A DNA stretch of 49,477 nt from Nemertoderma westbladi. Taxonomy: Eukaryota; Animalia; Xenacoelomorpha. The position numbers and the translations under genes were made by a program. The stretch lies in NCBI GenBank assembly GCA_032718475.1, contig JAUCBJ010003472.1, positions 1 through 49,477 of the forward strand, in the 5' to 3' direction. Shown piece after piece: positions 39,981 through 49,477 of this stretch. The first letter of the stretch is position 1, and the number at the start of each line of letters is the position of its first letter. A model generated the notes under the pieces. It ran no database searches. It saw only the letters and a program-made list of their open reading frames with translations, and had not been told where the DNA came from.

Positions 39981-42900
39981 TCAGCCCGGAGAGAAGGTGG
40001 TCGGTGGGCAGAGGCGGCAGCCGAACCGGGAGAAATTGGCCGAGTCTGGGATCAGCGGCGGCGTGGACGATGACGCGATGGGCTGGGGCGCAGGTGGCAA
40101 AGAAGCAGCGTGGGCGTACGTGATGGGGGGAGGTTGACCTGATGCAGCCGTTGGTATGTGGGCGATCTTGAGCCGGTCGATGGAGATGGAGTTCTCGCGG
40201 CCGTCGAGGTCCACCACGAAGTGCTTCGCGTGGCGGGAGACAACCGGGTACGGGCCAAAATACGGGCGGTCGAGGGGGCCGCAGCGGGTGCCACTGCGCA
40301 CGAAAACGTGAGAGGCCGTAGTCAACTGCGGCGGCAGAGTGGTGGATGTCGGTGAGCCATGATACGCCGGCGGCGGGGCGGACGAGCGGAGGCGGTCGCG
40401 GAGGTCGGCGACGAAAGACGACGATGGGGGTGAAACAGCGGATGTGGCGGGCGCGACGAACTCGCCGGGAACGTGCAGCTTGGTGCCGTAAACTATGTCC
40501 GCCGGAGAGCGGCCTTGAGCTGGCGGTGCAGTCGCTCGACCATCCCATTCGCCTGCGGGTGGTAGGCCGTGGTCGTGTTCGCGGAGATGCCCAGCAGTTT
40601 GTTCAACTCCGTCCAGAGGTGTGAAGTGAACTGGGGGCCGCGATCCGAGGTGATGGCTGCGGGCACCCCGAAACGGCTGATCCAGCCTCGTAGGAGTGCA
40701 CGTGCGCACGTGGCGGTTGTGGCGTCGGCGAGTGGGAGCGCCTCTGGCCAGCGGCTGAACCGGTCGATGACGGTGAATAGGTATGTGTTCCCTTCGGACG
40801 TTGGGAGGGGGCCGACCAAGTCGACGTGGAGGTTCTCAAAGCGGTTGTCGGGGGCGGCATGGCTGACGAGGGGAGCCCGAACGTGACGGGCGACCTTGGA
40901 CGACTGGCAAGCAAGACATTCGTCGCAGCGACGTTTGACGTCTCGCTTCAAGTTGTGCCAAACGAACTTGGAGGAGATCGCCCGGATGGTGGGGCGGGGT
41001 CCCGGGTGTGACAGTCCGTGGATGGTTTCGAAGATGCGGCCCTGCCATTCGATGGGCACTACGGGTCGCTCCTTGCCGGTGGAGATGTCGCAGAGCACAG
41101 TGGTGTCGCCAAACGGGATGTCGGCGAAGCGGAGGCCGGTGACGGCGGTGCGGTAGGCGACGATCTCGGCGGACGTCCGTTGCGCTGCGGCGAGCGCGGC
41201 GAAGTCCACGTCGGGAGAGAGAAGGGCGGCGATGGAGCGCGGCGTGTCGATGGAGCATGGTGGGTCTCCCGAGCGGGAGAGAGCGTCTGCGACCATGTTG
41301 TCTTTGCCGGAGACGTGCCGCAGGTCCGTCGTAAATTCTGAGATGAACGAGAGGTGTCGCGTCTGCCGGGGCGACCGCTCGGCCGCACTGCTAAGGGCGA
41401 ACGTGAGCGGCTTGTGGTCCGTATATATCGAGAAGCTGCGGCCCTCGACGAGGTGGCGGAAATGGCGGACGGCGCCGTACATAGCCAGCAGCTCGAGGTC
41501 GAAGGCGCTGTACTTCTTCTCCGCCGTGGACAGCTTGCGGGAGAAGAAGGCGAGAGGTTCCCATGCGGCCGATGTGGCAGTACGTTGTTCCACGACGGCT
41601 CCGATGGCGGTGGTCGAGGCGTCGCACGTGAGTGAGAACTTGGCCGTCCGGGACGGGTGGACGAGCATGGTGGCGTTGGCCAGGGCCACCTTGGCCGCAG
41701 CGAAGGCGGAGGAGCAGTCGGATGACCAGGTAAAGACAGACCCGGCGGCGCCGGAGGCAGCTGCATGGAGTGGGGCAAGCACTTCAGCGATTCCGGGGGC
41801 GAAACGGTGGTAGAAATTGACCATCCCGAGGAACCGTTGGAGGCCGGCCTTGTCTGTGGGCGTGGCGAACTCGGTGATGGCGGTTACCTTGGAGGCGAGG
41901 GGAGTTACGCCGCGGGCGCTCACCGTGTGGCCGAGGTACTCGAGTTCGGGGAGGCCGAAACTACATTTCCTGCGTTGGACGACTAGGCCGTTGGCGACCA
42001 GGGCGCCGAAAACCTGTCGCAAGTGCTCGGCGTGCTCCTCCTTCGTCTTGCTAGCCACCAAGATGTCGTCGAGGTAGACGAAGGCGCAGTCCAGGCTGCA
42101 GAGGACGCCGTCCATCAGTCGCTGGAACGCCTGCGCCGCGTTCTTCAGGCCGAATGGCATCCGTAGGAATTCCCAGAGGCCGAAAGGGGTGATGATGGCC
42201 GTTTTGGGGGTGTCCGCCGCCCGCATCGGGACCTGATGGTAGCCCCGGGCGAGGTCGATCTTGGAGAAGATCGTCGTGCCGGCCAAGCAGGCGTTGAAGT
42301 CCTGGATGTGGGGGAGGGGGTATTGGTCGGCCACGGTGGCCGCGTTGAGGCGCCTGAAATCGCCGCATGGACGCCAACCGCCCCCGGGCTTCGGCGCAAT
42401 GTGCAGGGCCGACGACCACGGGGAATTGGAGCGCCGGATGATCCCGAGTTCTTCCATTTTGGCGAACTCGGCCTTGGCGACGGTCAGTTTCTCTGGGTCT
42501 AGACGACGAGCGCGAGGTGAAGCGGGGGGCCTTCCGTCACTATGTGGTGCTCCACCCCGTGGCGGTTGGCCACCCCGGGTTGGAACCGCGGGATGACGAC
42601 CTCGGGGAACTCGTTGATGATGGCGTCGAAGGCGGAGATGGAGGCGACGTGGAGGCCGCTGACGCCGCTGTGGAAGGCGGCGGAGAAGGCCGGGATCACG
42701 TGGCCGTCGTCGAGGGAGATGAGGCGCCGGCTGCGGAGATCGATGGCGATGTTATGGGCGGCGAAGAAATCGGCTCCGAGGATGGCCCTGGGGACGGCGG
42801 CGATAGAGAACTCGAACCCGAAGTCCCGGGGGTGTGTTGTGCCAAAACGCATCCTGTGGGTGTGGTAGCCCCATGTAGAGATGGAGCTGCCGTTGGCCGC

Positions 42901-43080
42901 GATGAGGGGGGCGGTGGCCGGTCGCTTGCGGGCGGCGGCGTCGGCCGGGAGAACCGACACCTCCGCTCCGCAGTCCACGAGGTAGACTATGCCTTGGTCG
43001 TCTCGCACCATGACAGTCTTCTTGGCTTGCCCCCGGGGAACGCCGACCGCCTGGGCTAGCGGCCGGCGTTGGCGTTTCCC
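39981..43080 (-). pseudogene. pol: Pol (protease, RT, RNase H, integrase) broken into three frames
   Basis: PR YLVDCGAEVSVLP..ILGADF; RT FSKIDL..YHQ, MPFGLKNA, YLDDIL; RNase H DAS/ELLA/TDHKPL/ADALSR; IN HHCC, HVDLVGP, SDRGPQF, NGMVER, GPY. 1-nt loss near 42515 and an out-of-frame internal deletion near 40505. Confidence 0.92.
43025..43080 (-). promoter_or_regulatory. Programmed -1 ribosomal frameshift signal (G GGA AAC + stem-loop/pseudoknot)
   Basis: GGGAAAC, then GCC, stem AACGCCGGCCGC / GCGGTCGGCGTT with loop TAGCCCAG, and a downstream GGGC complementary to the loop GCCC. The -1 frame is the protease frame. Confidence 0.8.
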
Positions 43081-43892
43081 GACCTCGATGCGGGATGAGA
43101 ACCGTCGGCCGGGCAGTCGATGGTGATGGGAACGGCCGAAGACGAAGGACACCTGCCGCGTTCGCAGCGGCGGGCTGCCGGACCGAAACGCCGGTGGTAC
43201 CAGCATGTGCCGCTCGGGTTGTCGGCGGTGTTGCGCTGCTGCTGTGGCTGCGTGGTGGAACGACGGCCGATGACCGAGATCCTGGCAGTGGGGACGGTAG
43301 AAGAGGAGCGGGCCTCCAAGATGCGGTCAGCGTCGACGGCGAGTGCATTGAGGTCCGTTTGGTTCGACCCGGCGAGGACGCCCCGGACCTCGGCCGGCAG
43401 CTGGGCCAGGAAGATGGCCCGCAGGAGCGTTTCCGGGTCGGCATTGAGGCCTCTAATGTGCCGGAGGAGGCCGGTTGGCTTGCGGTCGCCGAGGCCGGCC
43501 AGCGAGAGAAGTTCCGCATCTTTGCTCGCCTGGGTGCGGCCGAAGGCCCTGCAGAGGGCGGTCTTGATGCCGTCGTACAGGTCGTTGGCCGGGGGGTTGA
43601 TGATGTCGGACCGGACCTCCGCGGCGACGGCGTTGTCAAGGCACGCGATGATGTGGTTGTACTTGGTGCTGTCCACCGTGATCCCCTTGACGGCGAATTG
43701 GGCCTCCACCTGCCGGAACCAAACCTCCGGGTCGGAAGTCCAGAACGGAGGCAGTTTGAGAGCGACCGCAGAGATGGCGGCTGGGGTAGCCAGGGCGGCT
43801 TTTGCGCCGGTGGGGTTGGCGGCCAAGGAGGCGGCCATGGCGGCAGCGGCGGCTTCGGCGAAGGCCTGATGTTCCTCGCGGGTAAGAGGCAT
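43056..43892 (-). CDS. gag: Gag (278 aa from ATG at 43892)
   Basis: ALKLPPFWTSDPEVWFRQVEAQF capsid-type motif, LGDRKPTGLL, and the CWYHRRFGPAARRCERGRC (C-X2-H-X9-C-X4-C) knuckle; frame intact. Confidence 0.88.
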   Translation of the reverse strand: MPLTREEHQAFAEAAAAAMAASLAANPTGAKAALATPAAISAVALKLPPFWTSDPEVWFRQVEAQFAVKGITVDSTKYNHIIACLDNAVAAEVRSDIINPPANDLYDGIKTALCRAFGRTQASKDAELLSLAGLGDRKPTGLLRHIRGLNADPETLLRAIFLAQLPAEVRGVLAGSNQTDLNALAVDADRILEARSSSTVPTARISVIGRRSTTQPQQQRNTADNPSGTCWYHRRFGPAARRCERGRCPSSSAVPITIDCPADGSHPASRSGNANAGR

Positions 43893-43940
43893 GAGGACGA
43901 AGTAGGCGGGGAAAATAATCAGGAAAGGGAGTCTGAATCT

Positions 43941-43951
43941 CCGGGTCACCA
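43941..43951 (-). promoter_or_regulatory. Primer binding site TGGTGACCCGG (tRNA-Trp-like)
   Basis: Lies 1 nt inside the 5' LTR; the first 9 nt are complementary to the eukaryotic tRNA-Trp 3' end (GGGUCACCA). Confidence 0.75.
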
Positions 43952-43952
43952 A

Positions 43953-44139
43953 TGTAGTGGTCAACGAAAGAATAATATAATAAAACGAAATATTATATTA
44001 TTGCCTGAATAATAACTGACATACTGAACTAGCATGATATAAGGAAAGATAAGCAGTAGGACAGAGATGAAAGGCAGTGTAGTATGAATGTTCAATCAAT
44101 GAATAGTTTCGAATATCCCGCCAAAGTCTCTACCCTACA
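43953..44139 (-). repeat. 5' LTR (187 bp)
   Basis: Direct repeat of 39768-39952, differing by 3 substitutions and 2 single-base indels by my count. Confidence 0.93.
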
Positions 44140-46076
44140 CGTGTGCAAAGTATCTGCCAACATTTGGGTCCGTGTTCAAAGTATCTGCCAACATTTGGGT
44201 CCGTGTGCAAAGTATCTGGAATCCTTTGGGTCCGTGTGTCGAGTATCTGACATCCTTTGGGTCCGTGTGCAAAGTATCTGCCAACATTTGGGTCCGTGTT
44301 CAAGGTATCTGCCAACATTTGGGTCCGTGTGCAGAGTATCTGACATCCTTTGGGTCCGTGTGCAAAGTATCTGCCAACATTTGGGTCCGTGTTCAAAGTT
44401 TCTGCCAACATTGGGTCCGTGTGCAAGGTATCTGACATCCTTTCGATCCGTGTGCAAAGTATATGACATCCTTTGGTTCCGTGTGCAAAGTATCTGCCAA
44501 CATTTGGGTCCGTGTTCAAAGTATCTGCCAACATTTGGGTCCGTGTGCAAAGTATCTGCAATCCTTTGGGTCCGTGTACAAAATATATGACATACTTTGG
44601 GTCCGTGTGCAAAGTATCTGCCAACATTTGGGTCCGTGTTCAAAGTATCTGCCAACATTTGGGTCCGTGTGCAAAGTATCTGGAATCCTTTGGGTCCGCG
44701 TGTGTCGAGTATCTGACATCCTTTGGGTGTTGGGTCCATGTTGAAAGTATCTGACATCCTTTGGGTGTTGGGTCCATGTTGAAAGTATCTGACATCCTTT
44801 GGGTCCGTGTTCAAAGTATCTTAGATCCTTTGGGTCCGTGTGCAAAGTATCTGCCAACATTTGGGTCCGTGTTCAAGGTATCTGCCAACATTTGGGTCCG
44901 TGTGCAAATTTTCTGACATCCTTTGGGTCCGTGTGCAAAGTATATGACATCTTTGGGGTCCGTGTGCAAAGTACCTGACATCATTTGTTCCGTGTGCAAA
45001 GTATATGACATCTTTGGGTCCGTGTGCAAAGTATCTGCCAACATTTGGGTTCGTGTGCAAAGTATATGACATCCTTTGGGTCCGTGTGCAAATTATATGA
45101 CATCCTTTGGTTCCGTGTGCAAAGAATCTGCCAAAATTTGGTTCCGTGTTCAAAGTTTCTGCCAATATTTGGGTCCGTGTGCAAAGTATCTGACATCCTT
45201 TGGGTCCATGTGCAAAGTATATGACATCCTTTGGGTCCGTGTGCAAAGTATCTCCCAACATTTGGGTCCGTGTTCAAAGTATCTGTCAACATTTGGGTCC
45301 GTGTGCAAAGTATCTGGAATCCTTTGGGTCCGTGTGTCGAGTATCTAACATCCTTTGGGTCCGTGTGCAAAGTATCTGCCAACATTTGGGTCCGTGTTCA
45401 AGGTATTTGCCAACATTTGGGTCCGTGTGCAGAGTATCTGACATCCTTTGGGTCCGTGTGCAAAGTATCTGCCAACATTTGGGTCCGTGTTCAAAATTTC
45501 TGCCAACATTGGGTCCGTGTGCAAGGTATCTGACATCCTTTGGGTCCGTGTGCAAAGTATATGACATCCTTTGGGTCCGTGTGCAAAGTATCTGACATCC
45601 TTTGGGTCCGTGTGCAAAGTATCTGCCAACATTTGGGTCCGTGTGCAAAGTATCTGGAATCCTTTGGGTCCGTGTGCAAAGTATATGACATCCTTTGGGT
45701 CCGTGTGCAAAGTATCTGCCAACATTTGGGTCCATGTTCAAAGTATCTGCCAACATTGGGTCCGTGTGCAAGGTATCTGACATCCTTTGGGTCCGTGTGC
45801 AAATTATATGACATCCTTTGGGTCCGTGTGCAAAGTATCTGCCAACATTTGGGTCCGTGTTCAAAGTATCTGCCAACATTTGGGTCCGTGTGCAAAGTAT
45901 CTGGAATCCTTTGGGTCCGTGTGCAAAGTATATGACATCCTTTGGGTCCGTGTGCAAAGTATCTGCCAACATTTGGGTCCATGTTCAAAGTATCTGCCAA
46001 CATTTGGGTCCATGTTCAAAGTATCTGACATCCTTTGGGTCCGCGTGTGTCGAGTATCTGACATCCTGACATCCTT
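44140..46076 (-). repeat. Right-arm 31-bp array, distal part (inverted orientation)
   Basis: Resumes in register after the Gypsy LTR (cgtg-tgcaaagtatc...). Confidence 0.95.
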
Positions 46077-48909
46077 CATGCTCAACACAAGAAACTACCA
46101 TCCTTTGGGTCCCTGTTCAACGTACAGTATCTGACATGCTTCGGCACCATTTTATTACCATCATAAACATTAGTAGGTAAATAGCGTAGATTGTATACAA
46201 AGTAACCAATTAGAAATCACCATGGAAAGGTTAGTCAGAATCAATCAGCTGATTCAAATTTATCCAAAAAATGAGGTTTTGGCTCTTTGTGGCTCAGTGC
46301 TTTCCTTATTTTTGCATAATTTTTCGCAGAATTAACTTTGATATCATTAATTTAACACTGTGCAACATCTCCTGTGTCGGAGTGGGTTGGTGCCTCATTG
46401 CTTCATAGTGTAATGGTCATTTTTTGGGTCCGTGTGGGTCTTTGTGCATTTTAACACTGCCCAAAACAAACTTACAGTAGATCCTGCAAGGCCTGACTTT
46501 GATAAATTTAGATCTTTGCGAACGTAGGTCCTATATAAACAGTATGTATGCGAAAATATATCCTATCTGGGTGAACTTAGATCCTAACTTGGCGAACTTG
46601 ATCCTAACCGGGTGAACTTAGATCCCACGTTGAAAGCAAAGCGAACTTAGATCCCACGTAGTTTACGAGCAAAGAATCGCTATAATTTCCCAATTAATTC
46701 TGTAAATGTTACATACTTTTATCAGATATGGGGGGGGGGGGGGGGGAGACTTTTTCTTACATATTTTTTAAAATCATTTTACCACTTTTTCTATTTTTTT
46801 ACCTATTTTTTTATTGTTTTTTTTTTTACTTATTTTTTTAAATCATTTTACCTATTTTTTATTCAGTTACCGTGCTATCACTGTACCGTGTAGGCTACAG
46901 GACAGGCCTACTGTACCATAATATTCAGATATACATGTAGTACAGTAATAGTACTGCAATGCTGTAGTTAAGTATTTATTTTAGTACTTTATCTTAGTAC
47001 TTATTCTTTATTTATTACTGTGTATTGTCTCATTTTATTATTATAGAGTATACAGTAGTTATGGTACGGTGCAGCATTAACCTGTTAATTACTACATTAC
47101 TAAGTACAATGTATACGTACATTAATGTACATAGTAATGTACATAATGTACATTACTAAGCTATAAGTTTCTGTTATAATGGGGCACGACTATTGTGATA
47201 TATATGATCCCATGCCTATTCTACCACAAATGATACACCAGTAGTGTTTTGGTTAGAAAAGCCTGTCGCTGTAACCTGCTATTTTCCTGTATTGTTAAAG
47301 TGATTATTTATTGTTTTGGTTAGAAAAAACGCCTCTGTATCCTGCTCCCTTCCCTCCAATTGGCAAAGTGACTGCCAAATTTAAATCAATTCTTCAATCT
47401 GGGAAACGATTCATGGCATTATAATATAATGTCTGTTATTTTTTTAATTTGCAGTAAAATGCACTAAAGTTGTCAGCATTATCTACCAGTCTGCCAGTTG
47501 ATAGACTGCCATGATGACATAATATACTGTATATAGGTAAATAAAACAATAAAATAGGTAAAGGGAATAATTTTAAAAAATACTGTATTGGTGAAATGAT
47601 TTAAAAAAATAGGTAAAATTATTTACAGAAAATAGGGACAGAAAAATAACTGCAAATAAAATGTCATCCCTCTCCTGGGGAAATTCGACGCAAATAACAG
47701 CTGATTACACTCAATAGTTGTAAAGGCTTTTGCGGAATTAGCTGGTTATTTTCCCCGCAAAGTACTCTGTGGTTGTTTTAACGGACATAAAAAGCCGTTT
47801 CCTTACTGTACCTGTGTTTTAGTGGACATAAAAGCCATTTCTTCTGTATGTGTACTTTAGCGGACATAACTAGCGATTTTATGTCGCAATAAGCCAAATA
47901 CTCTAAACATCGGAACTCCGATGACGACATCTATCCGCTGTGTCCACGTGTAACTTTTCTTTGTTCTTTGTTCGTTCTTTGTTCGGTCGACCAATCAGAG
48001 CGGTTTTCACTCTGAGTTGGAGATTGTATACAGAAACTCATGCAATTCAGTCAGTGTGTATCTTTCTAAGCCCCGAACACCGGCTTAGGATTCTTCTGTA
48101 CTTCTGTGGAAGTTTCAGACTTTAGCCAAACATTAGTAGGCTTTGGTCATAGAAACGTATAACTGTTATCGCACCACATATCCTAATCCTATCAATGCAA
48201 ATCATATTGTCAACTACAAACACCGCATTTTTACTGCTATTTACTGTCGGTTCGTTATTAATTATATCAGTTGATGGAATATTGTTATATTTGGATAATA
48301 TCGATAAATAATCATAAAACCCCCAATCTTCTTGATATACTGAAGGTAAGAGACCGGTTACATATAACAATTGCGACTTACATTAAAGTGGTTTTGGAGT
48401 GAATCTAATGCTATTTCATAGGCACTACATGAGTCGGTTGCTGTTCTCTTTATATGTGACTAAAATTAGTGAAGGTCGGCAGATCGGTGTGCAGCATTGT
48501 GCGGTAGTGTGCATGATTGTGACTGATAACAAAGCATCTCCTAAAGAATGCGCTTTATACGTGAATCAATAGCCATCCCGTTGTGTCTAGTGTAAGTCAT
48601 AACTCTGTTTACATATTTAGAGCGCCACGTCCTAAAGGAACTGTTAATATTTCCCGAAAGTGAATATTATTGGTCAGAGATTATATATTAACAATCAGTC
48701 GAATAATACAGTAGGCCTACACCGCAATAAGGTCAAAGCTTCCGAATCCAGTCTCCCGGGTATATCCAGCGGGTGAATGGTCGCGCATAGACTGGCTTCG
48801 GCTAATGTAGTGTATCAAATACTCGTCATAGGCTAAAGTCGATTTATAATCTAGAAGACATCTAAATTTGGCAGGTTAAACTGCTAAAGGTCTGAAAGCG
48901 CGAACAATA

Positions 48910-49045
48910 GTAACCGTTTCTATTGTGCTTAGTTTATTAATTTGGTTAAAATAACATGCCACTGTAACCTGCTCCTTTCCCTAAATTGAGAATATAACAT
49001 TGAGGCGGGATATTAATTCGCCAAGGCGGGATTTGCGTCCAGTTA
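48910..49045 (+). repeat. Copy of the dispersed CTGTAACCTGCTCCTTTCCC repeat family
   Basis: Reverse complement of 10068-10202 with scattered mismatches. Confidence 0.75.
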
Positions 49046-49477
49046 CTCCCCTCCCCTGTCTCAATTTTATACATTTTTTATTTTTTTAAACTTATGTCGT
49101 TTTTAAAATCACATTGGTAAACTTCTGAGGGACTCTTTTTGTTAAGCTCCACGGTGAAGATACAAAAACATATGGATTATTTTTATCATTCTAATGATTT
49201 ACTTAGACATAGACTTTGTCGTGACTTATCGCCTTACAGTATGGAGTTTAACGTAACTATTTAATAATAATATTAATTAAATTAATTACAGTATTATTGT
49301 ACGCAAGAGTGCATATGTATTGATAACCGCGGACACTCAGCACCAAAATATGCGAAGGCTGTCGTTTAATCATACTGTATTTAGAAACATAGGCCTAAAC
49401 TGTAGTACAGTTAGTATAATATGTGTTAAATCGAATTAATTAAATCTATAATGATAATGTAACGATATCATAGTTGG

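Larger units (their letters stand above)
39768..44139 (-). mobile_element. Ty3/Gypsy LTR retrotransposon, CsRN1-like lineage, full structure but pol defective
   Basis: Two TG...CA LTRs, 4-bp TSD CGTG (39764-39767, 44140-44143), PBS, PPT, gag, and pol in PR-RT-RH-IN order. CHCC-type Gag knuckle and tRNA-Trp-like PBS. Confidence 0.95.
37361..46462. mobile_element. Foldback (Mutator-superfamily-like) non-autonomous element with modular long TIRs and a nested Gypsy element
   Basis: Termini GGGCAGTGCTAAAATGCACAAAGACCC / GGGTCTTTGTGCATTTTAACACTGCCC. Perfect 9-bp TSD AAAACAAAC (37352-37360, 46463-46471). ~390-bp unique outer inverted domains (37361-~37750, ~46077-46462), inverted arrays of 31-bp units, and a ~160-bp central spacer (39384-39541). 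Confidence 0.92.

Noticed and set aside
39922-44012. Plus-strand and alternate-frame ORFs over the Gypsy interior (up to 305 aa)
   Set aside because: Shadow ORFs expected from very high GC; no recognisable domains.
37707-46076. CRISPR-like array next to a reverse transcriptase/integrase
   Set aside because: The sequences between the constant cores are recurrent variants of one unit, not unique spacers. There are no cas genes, the context is eukaryotic, and the RT belongs to a Gypsy element that inserted into the array with its own 4-bp TSD.
37706-46134. ORFs with 31-aa repeats (HTDPNVGRYFAHGPK..., WVRVQSICQHLGPC...)
   Set aside because: Three stop-free 31-bp units give a 93-nt period; the same peptides appear in all frames and in both arms.
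46505-46660. Short GAACTTAGATCC repeats just outside the foldback
   Set aside because: Probably subterminal repeats of another decayed element, but no matching opposite end or TSD was found.
48122-48520. Possible minus-strand exon or TE relic (AYEIALDSLQNHFN followed by gtaagt; adjacent 82-aa ORF)
   Set aside because: No recognisable family motif and no partner exon identified.

Overview
AT-rich eukaryotic (invertebrate metazoan-like) genomic DNA dominated by transposon relics and satellites. One host gene could be reconstructed by hand: a 4-exon CYRI/FAM49 (Rac1 inhibitor) gene on the minus strand (coding exons 32784-32150, 30796-30691, 30477-30293, 13065-12996; 331 aa, all GT-AG). Its 17.2-kb last intron holds a 3.4-kb 30-bp CCAAT-box satellite and a 10.8-kb 26/28-bp AT satellite. 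The unit of the AT satellite is the intron's own branch-point/U-rich tract without the AG, and the last unit supplies the real 3' splice site. Upstream of the gene lies a 9.1-kb Foldback/Mutator-type element (9-bp TSD, ~2-kb inverted arms built from 31-bp repeats). A GC-rich CsRN1-like Ty3/Gypsy LTR retrotransposon has inserted into it (4-bp TSD, tRNA-Trp-like PBS, GGGAAAC frameshift site plus pseudoknot, two lesions in pol). Also present are two hAT-type non-autonomous elements with 8-bp TSDs, a MULE MITE with a 9-bp TSD, a small foldback carrying a 17-bp satellite, decayed CRE-, RTE-, CR1/L2- and pogo-type coding relics, and many short palindromes resembling excision footprints. Most long ORFs in the ORF track are artefacts of stop-free tandem repeats. 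All family assignments come from motif recognition by eye; no searches were run.
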